64,000 nucleotides of DNA, from contig CAWDLS010000001.1 in assembly GCA_963803275.1 (NCBI GenBank), positions 17,487 through 81,486 of the forward strand. Reading direction: 5' to 3'. Numbering within the stretch: position 1 is the first letter of the stretch; each line of letters opens with the position of its first letter. The notes under the pieces were generated by a model. It saw only the letters and a program-made list of their open reading frames with translations. It did not search any database and was not told where the DNA came from. Position numbers and translations under genes: made by a program. Shown here piece by piece: positions 13,240 through 24,226 of the stretch. Source of the DNA: an uncultured Gammaproteobacteria bacterium (GTDB taxonomy: Bacteria; Pseudomonadota; Gammaproteobacteria; UBA9214).

Positions 13240-13748
13240 CAGGTTTCGCCCGTGCGGGCGAGGTACTTTCTCTTGCGTGCCCAAGAGAAAGTACCCAAAG
13301 AGAAGGGCACCCGATGCCCGCGCCGGCTAACGCCGGTGCCCTGCGTTCCTCGCCAGGCCGGGGGCGCGCACAACTCGGAGCCGGAACGGGATTGGCTAAT
13401 TCCGTTCCGGCTTGCCTCGAACAGGGTGCGCGCCTTCATCCCGGCCTAGCTGCGGTACTCGGCACGGGCTACGGGGCGAGGGGTGTCAGCGTTTGGTCCC
13501 GTCAGGCGCCGCCGAGCATCGCAGGCGGTTTGGGATGAAGCGAGCCGCCGTGTCGAGCTGGATTTGCTAGCCGCAAGGCGCGGCAAATCCTGCGAGTTCG
13601 GCGAGCGCCCAAACCGGCGAGAAGCGCAGGGAACCCGGTCGGTCATCGCAGATGACCGACCGGGCAAGCCTTCGGGTCCGCCTTTCTTTTGGGTACTTTT
13701 CTTTGGCGGAGCAAAGAAAAGTACCTCGCCCAAGCGAGGCGAAATCTG
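13240..13748. repeat. Structured non-coding inverted doublet: unit A 13240-13476, unit B 13497-13748 in opposite orientation (MITE-like or structured RNA/ssDNA element)
   Basis: The reverse complement of B aligns with A over its full length (CAG.TTTCGCC...GGGCGAGGTACTTT...GTACCCAAA...ACCCG...CCCTGCG.T.CTCGCC...AACTCG...CTCGA...TTCATCCC...CTGCG.T.CTCGGC...ACGGG), with compensatory changes in stems. AT-rich flanks. Confidence 0.88.
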
Positions 13749-13792
13749 CAACAAAATAATAAAATTTGAATAATTCAACTGTTGAAAAAGTA

Positions 13793-14665
13793 TCAACCCA
13801 CCAGTGCCCGCTGCATGGCGACACCGATCTCCGCGGGCGAACGCGCCACGGTGACACCCGCGGCCTCGAGTGCGGCGATCTTCGCCGCCGCCGTACCCTG
13901 GCCGCCGCTGATGATGGCGCCGGCATGACCCATGCGCTTGCCGGGCGGTGCCGTCACGCCGGCGATGTAGGCAACCACCGGCTTGCTGACCCGCGAGCGC
14001 ACGAACTCCGCGGCACGCTCCTCGTCGCTGCCGCCGATCTCGCCGATCATGACGATGCCGCGGGTATCCGGATCGGCCTCGAACAATTGCAGGCAATCGA
14101 TAAAGCCCATGCCGCGGATCGGGTCGCCGCCGATGCCGATACAGGTGCTCTGGCCAAAGCCGCAGCGGCTGGTCTGGAACACCGCCTCGTAGGTCAGCGT
14201 GCCGGAGCGCGACACGATGCCGATGCTGCCGGGCGTGTGGATGACGCCCGGCATGATGCCGATCTTGCAGGCGCCCGGGGTGATGATGCCCGGGCAGTTG
14301 GGCCCGATGAGCCGCGCATGTGTTTCACGCAGTACCGCCTTCACGCGCAGCATATCCAGCACCGGGATGCCTTCCGTGATGCACACGATCAGGCCGATGC
14401 CGGCAGCGGCTGCCTCCAGGATCGCATCGGCCGCGAACGCCGCCGGCACGTAGATCATGGTGGCATCCGCACCCGTTGCACTGACTGCATCCTTCACGGT
14501 ATTGAACACCGGCAACCCGAGATGGGTCTGTCCACCCTTGCCCGGTGTCACGCCGCCGACGAGGCGCGTACCGTAATCCAGCGCCTGTTGCGAATGAAAG
14601 CTGCCCTGCGCGCCGGTGATACCCTGGCAGATAACCCGGGTGTCACTGTCGATGAGCACGCTCAT
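13793..14665 (-). CDS. sucD: Succinyl-CoA synthetase alpha subunit
   Basis: [42 protein letters not shown]. Confidence 0.97.
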   Translation of the reverse strand: MSVLIDSDTRVICQGITGAQGSFHSQQALDYGTRLVGGVTPGKGGQTHLGLPVFNTVKDAVSATGADATMIYVPAAFAADAILEAAAAGIGLIVCITEGIPVLDMLRVKAVLRETHARLIGPNCPGIITPGACKIGIMPGVIHTPGSIGIVSRSGTLTYEAVFQTSRCGFGQSTCIGIGGDPIRGMGFIDCLQLFEADPDTRGIVMIGEIGGSDEERAAEFVRSRVSKPVVAYIAGVTAPPGKRMGHAGAIISGGQGTAAAKIAALEAAGVTVARSPAEIGVAMQRALVG

Positions 14666-15831
14666 GCGACGCCAGCACCCTGCGCCGCGGCAACCACCTT
14701 GTCTGCCGCCTCGGCCAGGTCGCTGGCGGTCTCCACCGACAGACTGGAGTGCTCGATCAGCGCGAGACCGGCCGCGGCATTGGTACCTTCCAGGCGCACT
14801 ACCACGGGCACGTTGACGTCGACTTCTCCGATGGCCCGCAGGATACCCTCGGCGATCAGGTCGCAGCGCACGATACCGCCGAAGATGTTGACCAGGATGG
14901 CCTCGACCTGGGGATCGGACAGGATGATCTTGAACGCCTCGGCGACCTTGTCCGCGGTCGCGCCACCGCCGACGTCAAGGAAATTGGCCGGCGCGCCCCC
15001 GTGCAGCTTGATAATGTCCATGGTCGCCATGGCAAGGCCGGCACCGTTCACCATGCAGGCGATGTTGCCGGTCAGGCGTATGTAATTCAGTCCGTGCTGC
15101 TGGGCGATGTTTTCACGCGCGTCCTGCTGACTGGCATCGCGCAGCGACGCGAGTTCCGCATGACGGAACAGGGCGTTGTCATCGATATCGACCTTGGCAT
15201 CCAGCGCCAGCAGTTCCCCGTCCCCGGTCACGACCAGCGGGTTGATCTCCAGCAGGCCGGCATCGCTGGCCTGCACCAGCCGGCAGGCGGCATCGAGCAG
15301 CCGGGCAAAGGCACCGATCTGCCTGCCCTCCAGCCCGAGACCAAAGGCGAGATTGCGGCACTGGTAGCCCTGCAGGCCGACCGCGGGATTGACGGTCTCG
15401 GTGAGTATCGCACCCGGATCGGTGGCAGCGACCTCCTCGATATTCATGCCGCCGGCAGCGGAGGCCATCAGGATGATGCGTTCCTGCGTGCGATCCACCA
15501 GGATGCTGAAATAGATTTCGCGCGCGATGTCGACGGTCTGTTCTACCAGCACACTGTTGACCGGCAGGCCTGTTTCATCGGTTTGTCCGGTTACCAGCCG
15601 GCTGCCGAGCAACTCCCCGACCGCGCCGGCAAGCGCGGCACGATCCTGCACCAGTCGTACACCGCCAGCCTTGCCACGTCCACCGGCATGCACTTGCGCC
15701 TTCACGACCCAGGCACCGGGACCGGCTGCGACTGCATCGATGTCCGCGCTGCTACGGACCAGCTGGCCGACCGGGACAGGTATGCCGTATTCGGCAAACA
15801 GTTGCTTGGCCTGATATTCGTGCAGGTGCAT
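14662..15831 (-). CDS. sucC: Succinyl-CoA synthetase beta subunit
   Basis: [55 protein letters not shown]. Confidence 0.97.
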   Translation of the reverse strand: MHLHEYQAKQLFAEYGIPVPVGQLVRSSADIDAVAAGPGAWVVKAQVHAGGRGKAGGVRLVQDRAALAGAVGELLGSRLVTGQTDETGLPVNSVLVEQTVDIAREIYFSILVDRTQERIILMASAAGGMNIEEVAATDPGAILTETVNPAVGLQGYQCRNLAFGLGLEGRQIGAFARLLDAACRLVQASDAGLLEINPLVVTGDGELLALDAKVDIDDNALFRHAELASLRDASQQDARENIAQQHGLNYIRLTGNIACMVNGAGLAMATMDIIKLHGGAPANFLDVGGGATADKVAEAFKIILSDPQVEAILVNIFGGIVRCDLIAEGILRAIGEVDVNVPVVVRLEGTNAAAGLALIEHSSLSVETASDLAEAADKVVAAAQGAGVA

Positions 15832-15970
15832 GGGCGAAGTGTGTCAAACCTTGCTGGCATTGATCAAGTGATACCTTGTCGGCATTGCGCGCCACCGGTT
15901 TAAAGGTAGTATCATCTTCCGAACCCTCTCACGCGGCATGGCAGACATCCAGGCGACCCGAACCGATCCA

Positions 15971-16192
15971 ATGCGCACCCTGCTCATCTTCATCGCACTT
16001 GCCCTGATTTTCATGATCGGCAAGCGACTGGTGCAAAAGCCGCGCGCTGAAAAACGCACACAGCCCCTGTCGGGCAAGATGGTCCGGTGCGCGCACTGCG
16101 GAATCTACATACCTGAGAACGAGGCCTTCGAGCAGGCTGGTCACTCCTATTGCTCCAGGGAGCACCGCGACGCGGGGCATAAACAGACATGA
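15971..16192 (+). CDS. PP0621-family small membrane protein
   Basis: N-terminal TM, MVRCAHCGIYIP...YCSREH; directly upstream of pilS. Confidence 0.85.
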   Translation: MRTLLIFIALALIFMIGKRLVQKPRAEKRTQPLSGKMVRCAHCGIYIPENEAFEQAGHSYCSREHRDAGHKQT

Positions 16193-17864
16193 CCGTACCC
16201 ACCGGTGCTGTCGATCTGCAGGAAAACGTCGCCGGTGAGGGTAACGGGGCCGACAGGCGCGATGAGCCGGCATGGAAGCCACTGCGCCTGCTGACATTCT
16301 ACCGTCTGATACTCGCGGGACTGCTGACGGTCCTGTACTTCTCCATCAGCGGAGATACGTCGCTCGGCATGCTGGCGCCGGGAATGTACGGGCTTACCTG
16401 TATCGGTTACCTGCTGTTCAGCCTGCTTGCGGGTTTTGCCGCGCGCCTGCGCTGGCCCGGCTATGAATTGCAGGCCATCAGCCAGGTATTCATCGATATC
16501 GGCGTCATCACGGTCCTGATCCATGCCAGCGGCGGCCTGGCGAGCGGGCTCGGCATCCTGCTGATCATCTCGGTTGCCACCGGCAGCATCCTGTTGCCGG
16601 GGCGGATGGCTTTCATGTTCGCGGCGGTGGCTGCCCTGGCGGTGATGGGCGAGCACTTTTACAGTTCCCTGTTGCTGGACATGCCCAGAACCACCGGGTT
16701 CACACAGGTCGGGTTGCTGGGCACCGCGCTGTTCGCAAGCGCGGGGCTGACCTACCTGCTGGCGCGCAGGATCAAGGAGAGCGAGGCACTGGCACAACGG
16801 CGCGGCGTCGATATCGCCAACCTCGCCATGCTCAACGCCCGTATCGTGCAGCGGCTGCAGGCCGGCATCATTGTCACCGATCATCACCACAACATCCTCC
16901 TGATCAACGACACCGCGCGCAAGCTCCTCAATGCACCCGGCGCGCAGACGGAACAGCCGCTGGCGAGTCTGTCACCCGCACTGTTCAAAAAACTGCTGGA
17001 CTGGCAGCTTGCGCCGTCACGGCAGTCGACACTGCTGAAAAGTGAAGCGAATGCAACCAGCATACTGCCGCAGTTTACCCGCCTGGGTTCCTCGAACGGC
17101 CTGGGTGCGCTGATATTCCTGGAAGACATGGCGGCGATGGAGAAACAGGCCCAGCAGTTCAAGCTGGCCTCGCTGGGCCGCCTGACCGCCAGCATCGCCC
17201 ACGAGATCAGGAATCCGCTCGGGGCAATCAGTCACGCCGCGCAGTTGCTGAGCGAACAAAACGTACTGGGCGAGGAAGACCGCCGCCTGATGACCATCAT
17301 CGGTGACAACACATCCAGGGTTAATGTCATCGTCGAGAACATACTGCAGCTGTCACGGCCCAACTCGTCGATCCCGCGGATCCTGCGCCTCGCCGGATGG
17401 GTGGAGAATTTTACCGGGGAATTTTCACACAGCGGCATCTGCCTGCCGGCCCAGATCAGCTGCTCGGTTGCGCCCGCGGATATCGAGATCTACATGGATC
17501 CAAGCCTGCTGCACCAGGTCGTGTGGAACCTGTGCCAGAATGCAATCCATCACGGCCGCGCATCGGCGGCAACACGACTGCAGCTGATCGGCGGTCTGAC
17601 GGCTACCCCGGACGCGGCGCATCTTGATATCATCGACAACGGCCCCGGCATCGACCCTGACATGACTGACAAGATATTCGAGCCCTTCTTCACCACGCAC
17701 AGCAGCGGCACCGGACTCGGCCTGTACATCGCGCGCGAGATCTGTGAAAGCAATGGTGCCCACCTCGAATACCGCCCCGCTGCGCAAGGCGGCAGCTGTT
17801 TTCGCATCACCTTCCCGGTCGGCACCGGGATGCCCGCCGCCCTGCCGACGGCGCGACACGCGTC

Positions 17865-17868
<4 letters not shown>
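16189..17868 (+). CDS. pilS: Sensor histidine kinase PilS
   Basis: About 6 TM segments, PAS-like region, H-box IAHEIRNPLGAI, DNGPGI, FEPFFTT, GTGLGL; paired with pilR. Confidence 0.93.
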
Positions 17869-19220
<1,352 letters not shown>

Positions 19221-19232
19221 CGCGCAGAAACT

Positions 19233-19267
19233 GCGTCATAAAGTGACGCGCGGCGTCACAATCTGAC
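19233..19267. promoter_or_regulatory. Tandem dyads, candidate PilR enhancer sites
   Basis: GCGTCA-N5-TGACGC (19233-19249) and GCGTCA-N5-TGAC (19253-19267), 20 bp apart, about 170-200 bp upstream of the sigma-54 motif. Confidence 0.55.
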
Positions 19268-19432
19268 TTGACCTGTGAGGCACGTCGCAGTATTTCCAGG
19301 TCAGAATGATGTCACCGTCGTCGGGCGGGGACCCCGGAATACACGGACCTGGCCGATGCGTAAATTATAACTATATGTTTTATCTTATTATTGTTAGTAT
19401 TGCATCCAATCCGGCCGGTACAGTCCACGGAG

Positions 19433-19459
19433 TGGCAAAAAACTGGCACGGAATGTGAA
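19433..19459 (+). promoter_or_regulatory. Sigma-54 (-24/-12) promoter of pilA
   Basis: Overlapping TGGCAAAAAACTGGCA (GG-N10-GC) and TGGCACGGAATGTGAA; AT-rich, IHF-like tract at 19360-19400. Confidence 0.65.
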
Positions 19460-19574
19460 TAAGCTATTCCAGCCAAAGGATCCGGGCAATCGACCGATAC
19501 AAGGCTGTCAGGTGGCTCGGACCGGGCACCCAAGCAACTCGTAACCACTGTTCAAGTACATGAGAGGAAACACC

Positions 19575-20009
19575 ATGAAACTGCAAAAGGGCTTTACACT
19601 GATCGAACTTATGATCGTTATCGCGATCATCGGCATCCTGGCGGCCATCGCTATCCCGGCCTACCAGGATTACACCATCCGCACCAAGGTGGGTGAGGGT
19701 CTGAACCTGGCCGGCGCCGCCAAGCTGGCCGTGTCCGAGACCTACGACAGCACCGGTACCCTGCCGGCCAGCTATATCAGCTACGGTCTTCCGGCGGCCG
19801 CCAGCATCGTGGGTACCTACGTGTCCTCGGTCGGCGTTACCGGTGGCGTGATCACCATCACCTACAAGAACAACCTGGGTGGTAACCCGCCGGCCAACGG
19901 CACGACCATGGTGCTGACCCCGACCACGGCCAATGCAGGGTCCATCGTGTGGGACTGCAAGACCGGCGACACCACGCCGAGCAAGTACCGTCCGGCCAAC
20001 TGCCGTTAA
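19575..20009 (+). CDS. pilA: Type IVa major pilin
   Basis: [33 protein letters not shown] prepilin motif; C-terminal disulfide loop WDC...ANCR; RBS GAGGA. Confidence 0.97.
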   Translation: MKLQKGFTLIELMIVIAIIGILAAIAIPAYQDYTIRTKVGEGLNLAGAAKLAVSETYDSTGTLPASYISYGLPAAASIVGTYVSSVGVTGGVITITYKNNLGGNPPANGTTMVLTPTTANAGSIVWDCKTGDTTPSKYRPANCR

Positions 20010-20034
20010 TCGCAACCCGGTTTGTACTTAAGAC

Positions 20035-20063
20035 AAAACGCCCCGGTCCCCGGGGCGTTTTTT
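20035..20063 (+). terminator. Intrinsic terminator after pilA
   Basis: AAAACGCCCCGG-tcc-CCGGGGCGTTTTTT. Confidence 0.88.
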
Positions 20064-20144
20064 ATTTTCAACACGGCCGCATCGACAGTACACTGACACC
20101 CATGACCGGATCACAGCCCATACTGCAGGTGTTTCCCTGTCTCC

Positions 20145-22142
20145 ATGCCAAACCTGCCCGTAGATAACGACCTTGTGAGCAGTGCAGGACACCTGAAAAA
20201 TCCCGCCGGATGGCTGTTTGTCCTGCTCTGCCTGCTGACAGTCATGGTCTACTTTCCCGGCCTGTCGGGCGACTACATGTTCGATGATCGCCCCAACCTG
20301 CTGGAGAACCCGCGGCTGGACATGGCCGCGCTGGACATGGACAGCCTGCTGGGCGCGGCCGTCTCCACGGGTTCCGGTACCTTGCGACGGCCGGTCAGCA
20401 TGGCGAGCTTTGCCCTGAACCGCTATTTCTTCGGCATCGCCCCCTGGTCATACAAGGTCATCAACCTGGGCATCCACCTGCTGACCGGCCTGTGCCTGTG
20501 GCTGCTGGGCGGCCTGATCATGCGCAGCTATGTGCGCCATCGTAATCCCGAGTTCCCCGCCGCAGCGGCGTACTGGCTGCCTGCACTGGCTGCCGGCCTG
20601 TGGCTGGTGCACCCGCTGAACCTCACCACCGTGTTGTACATCGTGCAACGCATGGCCAGCCTGTCGGCGCTGTTCAGCGTGGCCGGCCTGTGCCTATACC
20701 TGCTGGGGCGGCTGCGCATGCGCGCGGGCAGGCCGGGGCTGGTGTACATATTCACCGGGCTGCTGGTGTTTGGCACGCTGGCCGTGCTCAGCAAGGAAAA
20801 CGGCATCCTGCTGCCGGTATTCATGCTGGTGCTGGAGTTTTCCCTGTTCCGTTTCAGGGACAGCAACGGGCAGATCGATAAACGGATAGCCGGACTCTTT
20901 GTGCTGGTCGTTGCATTGCCCGCCGCGCTGACCGTGCTTGTCCTGCTGTTCGAGCCCGGCAAGCTGGTCAATTACAGCGACAAGTCCTACACCCCCGGGG
21001 AACACCTGCTGACCGAGGCAAGGGTGCTGATGTTCTACCTCAGGATGATCGTCATGCCCTCGATCAACGAACTGGGACTCTACCATGACGACATCCCGCT
21101 CTCGCAGGGGCTGCTGGACCCGCCCACGACACTGCTGTCGCTGCTGGCCATTGCCGGGCTGCTGGCCACGGCGCTGGCACTGCCTGCACGGCATGCGCTG
21201 GTGGGCCTGGGCATTCTCTGGTTCTTTGCCGGCCACCTGCTGGAATCAACCCTCATACCCCTGGAGATCGCCCACGAGCACCGCAATTACCTGGCCGATT
21301 ACGGGATACTGCTGGCGGCCTGCGCATTTGCCAGTCAGCTCAGGATGCAGCAGTACGCCGGTATCATCCGGATCGGCAGCGCTGCGCTGTTCATGCTGCT
21401 GTTCTCCTACACGACCTGGCTCAGGGCCGGGCAATGGTCGGACAATATACAACAAGCCATCTACGAGGCCACGCATCACCCCCGTTCGCCACGCGCCGTG
21501 TTTTCAGCCGGGCGGATCTACGCGCGCCTGACGTTGAATGGAATGGCAGACAGCGAGGCGGAGGCGTTCAGCTACCTGGAACAGGCTCGCCAGCTCGACA
21601 CGAGCAGCATCATGCCGGATGTCACCCTGGTCATGCTCAGCTATTACCTCGGCCGGCCGGTCGACCCCGCCAGCTTTGCCGAGATCAGGCGCAAGCTGAA
21701 AGTGAATCCGCTGTCGACCTCGGATATCAGCAGCCTGCAAAGGCTGGCCGAATGCTTCGGTGAGCGCTGCGATATCCCCGCCGACGTGATGGAGGAGTTT
21801 TTCAAGCTCGCACTCGGCAACAGCAAGACGCCGCAGCTGTTGACGCTTTACGGCTACTTCCGTATCAACAAGCTGGGTGATTTCACGACCGGACTCGGGA
21901 TATTCCGTGAGGTGGTCGACAGGTTTCCCGGCGAATCCCAGCACTGGGTCAACCTGATCAATCTGCTGATCGTCATGGAACGCTACGACGATGCGGAACG
22001 GCAACTGGAACGACTCAGAAACACCAGCAGCTACGGGGGCACCACCGCGCTCTTTGAAATGCTGGAACACGAAATCAATACGGCCCGCACGGTAAACACG
22101 GCCCAGACACGTCAGGAAGCACCGCACGAGATACTCCAATGA
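20145..22142 (+). CDS. TMTC-like GT-C membrane glycosyltransferase with C-terminal TPR-like domain
   Basis: About 11 TM segments; YMFDDRPNLLENP, RRPVSMASFALN, INLGIH, LWLVHPLN, YIVQR, LSKENGILLP, EHRNYL, then a helical TPR-like tail. Confidence 0.72.
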   Translation: MPNLPVDNDLVSSAGHLKNPAGWLFVLLCLLTVMVYFPGLSGDYMFDDRPNLLENPRLDMAALDMDSLLGAAVSTGSGTLRRPVSMASFALNRYFFGIAPWSYKVINLGIHLLTGLCLWLLGGLIMRSYVRHRNPEFPAAAAYWLPALAAGLWLVHPLNLTTVLYIVQRMASLSALFSVAGLCLYLLGRLRMRAGRPGLVYIFTGLLVFGTLAVLSKENGILLPVFMLVLEFSLFRFRDSNGQIDKRIAGLFVLVVALPAALTVLVLLFEPGKLVNYSDKSYTPGEHLLTEARVLMFYLRMIVMPSINELGLYHDDIPLSQGLLDPPTTLLSLLAIAGLLATALALPARHALVGLGILWFFAGHLLESTLIPLEIAHEHRNYLADYGILLAACAFASQLRMQQYAGIIRIGSAALFMLLFSYTTWLRAGQWSDNIQQAIYEATHHPRSPRAVFSAGRIYARLTLNGMADSEAEAFSYLEQARQLDTSSIMPDVTLVMLSYYLGRPVDPASFAEIRRKLKVNPLSTSDISSLQRLAECFGERCDIPADVMEEFFKLALGNSKTPQLLTLYGYFRINKLGDFTTGLGIFREVVDRFPGESQHWVNLINLLIVMERYDDAERQLERLRNTSSYGGTTALFEMLEHEINTARTVNTAQTRQEAPHEILQ

Positions 22143-23026
22143 GCATGGACACAAGCATCATCCTGCCCGCCAAGAACGAGGCCGACAGCCTGAGAACGCT
22201 GCTCCCGGCACTGAAGGAAAGGTTTCCGGCAGCCGAGATTATCGTCGTCGATGACGGTTCGACCGACGACACGGGCGATGTCTGCAGAAACAACGGCGTG
22301 CGCATGATCTCGCACGTCTATTCCATGGGCAACGGGGCAGCCATCAAGACGGGGGCACGCAATGCCGAGGGCAATATTCTGGTATTCATGGATGCCGACG
22401 GGCAGCATGACCCCGACGACATCCAGCCACTGATCGACGGTGTTAACCAGGGCTACGATATGATGGTCGGTGCGCGCCACCTCGACAGCCATGCGTCGCT
22501 GACTCGGCGTATCGGCAATACCGTCTACAACAGGCTTGCCTCGTGGATGACCGGCTACCCCATCCTGGACCTGACATCGGGTTTGCGTGCCGCGCGGGCG
22601 CGTCACTTCAAGAAGTTCCTGTACCTGCTTCCCAATCGGTTTTCCTACCCGACCACCAGCACCATGGCGTTTTTCAGGTCCGGACTACCGGTTGGTTATA
22701 TACCGATCCGGGCCAGGACACGCACCACTGAAACCAGAAGTCACATACGGCTGTTCCACGACGGCTTCCGTTTCCTGATCATCATCGTAAAGATCGGTGC
22801 ACTGTTCTCGCCGATGCGTTTCTTCCTGCCCATCAGCGGGGCACTGCTGGCATCCGGGCTGTGCTACTACGCCTACACCTATTTTTCCTGGGGTCGGCTG
22901 ACGAACATGAGCGCCGTCCTGTTCCTGTCCTCGCTGTTCACGTTCCTGATCGGCGTCGTTTCTGAACAGGTGTCGGCCCTGCATTACAAGGACATCGTGG
23001 AGACCCGCCGCCGCACGGAACGGTGA
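22139..23026 (+). CDS. GT2 glycosyltransferase, DPM1/GtrB-like (polyprenol-phosphate sugar synthase type)
   Basis: SIILPAKNE, VVDDGSTD, MDADGQHDP, DLTSGLRA, two C-terminal TM helices; ATGA overlap with the upstream gene. Confidence 0.85.
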   Translation: MSMDTSIILPAKNEADSLRTLLPALKERFPAAEIIVVDDGSTDDTGDVCRNNGVRMISHVYSMGNGAAIKTGARNAEGNILVFMDADGQHDPDDIQPLIDGVNQGYDMMVGARHLDSHASLTRRIGNTVYNRLASWMTGYPILDLTSGLRAARARHFKKFLYLLPNRFSYPTTSTMAFFRSGLPVGYIPIRARTRTTETRSHIRLFHDGFRFLIIIVKIGALFSPMRFFLPISGALLASGLCYYAYTYFSWGRLTNMSAVLFLSSLFTFLIGVVSEQVSALHYKDIVETRRRTER

Positions 23027-24226
23027 CTACCGCTGCACACGCGCCGTCGACGCAACGGTATCTATGATCTCGCCAAGCCGGTTGCTGAATTCCGCGATAC
23101 CCCATGCCGCCGACCTGGCAGCACCCCTGTCACGCAACCGCTGGCACAGCGCTTCATCAGACCACAGCGCCGCCATGACAGCAGACACCTCGTCCACCGA
23201 GCGCGGATCGAAATACAGCGCCGCATCGCCCAGCTGTTCGGGCATGCCGTAGATCCGTGACACCGCCACCGGACAGCCACAGGCCATTGCCTCGAGCGGC
23301 GGAATATTGGTCGGACCATAGAAGGTGGGCATCAGCAACGCACGGGCGCAGTGATACATGGTTGCCATGTCATCGTCGGGGATGTAACCGATAATCTGTA
23401 CCCTGTCGAGCAGACCGGCATCCCTGACCAGCCCTGCTACGATGTCATAGTTGTTCTTCTTTCCACCACAGAACACCAGCCGCATGTCGGGATGCCCGGC
23501 AAGGTTTCTTTGCAGCCCGCGCAGCAGCAGCTCGTGATTCTTGTGCTTCCAGAATTGTGCGGGATAGAAGAAAAATTTCTCCGGTAGCAGGTACCGCTCG
23601 CGCAGCGACCGCCTGTCTCCATCGGTGACGGGACGGTAGATATAGTCCGGAGGAATGAATGGCAGGGCGTGGATCCTGCTTCTGTCGCTATTGTATGACT
23701 CGGCCACATGATCGGCACCGGTAGACGAGTCGACCAGGACTCCTGCACACCACCTGGCCAGGTTACCGTAGTTGAACTCCCGGTAGCTGAATTCCGCAGG
23801 AGAAGCAGACTCCTCGAACTCCGGTTCGTACCTGTGCATGAGATCGTGTATGGCGCATATGGAAGTGACCGGGATCCAGTACGCCATGCTGTCCTGGGAA
23901 GGGAAGATCCAGACATCGCAGCCCTGCCGGATGAAGATCCTCGTCACCGGGTGCCAGAATGGTGCCAGCGCGCGCCACAGCGATACCGGCAGACGCAACC
24001 TGCCCCACAGTTCCGCGCTGGCCCTGCTGACCACCGCGCGGCCCAGCCGGACGTGAACAAGGTTGCAGCCATGCAGTCTTTTTTGCCAGTAGTCGCCGCT
24101 GCTGGCAACAAGAACCTGGTAGCGATCACGGGGCAGCAATCTGGCCGCCGCCAGCAGCCCCAGATTGTATTGCAGTGTGCCCCCCATCTCCTCCCGTGCA
24201 CGCAGGAAAATACCGACTCTCAGCAT
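23027..24226 (-). CDS. GT4 glycosyltransferase
   Basis: AIHDLMHR, FYPAQFWKHKNH, GPTNIPPLEAMACGCPV; likely start MLRVGIF at 24226. Confidence 0.88.
   Translation of the reverse strand: MLRVGIFLRAREEMGGTLQYNLGLLAAARLLPRDRYQVLVASSGDYWQKRLHGCNLVHVRLGRAVVSRASAELWGRLRLPVSLWRALAPFWHPVTRIFIRQGCDVWIFPSQDSMAYWIPVTSICAIHDLMHRYEPEFEESASPAEFSYREFNYGNLARWCAGVLVDSSTGADHVAESYNSDRSRIHALPFIPPDYIYRPVTDGDRRSLRERYLLPEKFFFYPAQFWKHKNHELLLRGLQRNLAGHPDMRLVFCGGKKNNYDIVAGLVRDAGLLDRVQIIGYIPDDDMATMYHCARALLMPTFYGPTNIPPLEAMACGCPVAVSRIYGMPEQLGDAALYFDPRSVDEVSAVMAALWSDEALCQRLRDRGAARSAAWGIAEFSNRLGEIIDTVASTARVQR

Noticed and set aside
13240-13748. CRISPR array, tRNA, or simple pair of terminators
   Set aside because: No direct repeat-spacer periodicity and no cloverleaf; homology between the halves extends about 240 nt, far beyond a terminator.
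12743-14096. Short ORFs across the nadE-sucD gap (e.g. 13252-13449, 13483-13773, 13179-13439)
   Set aside because: Translations of the structured repeat (PKRKYPKRR and FFWVLFFGG-type peptides); no protein family features.
13793-15831. sucCD without sucAB as evidence of a reverse TCA cycle
   Set aside because: Stand-alone sucCD beside nadE and pilSR is a known arrangement in several gammaproteobacteria; no metabolic conclusion is possible from this window.
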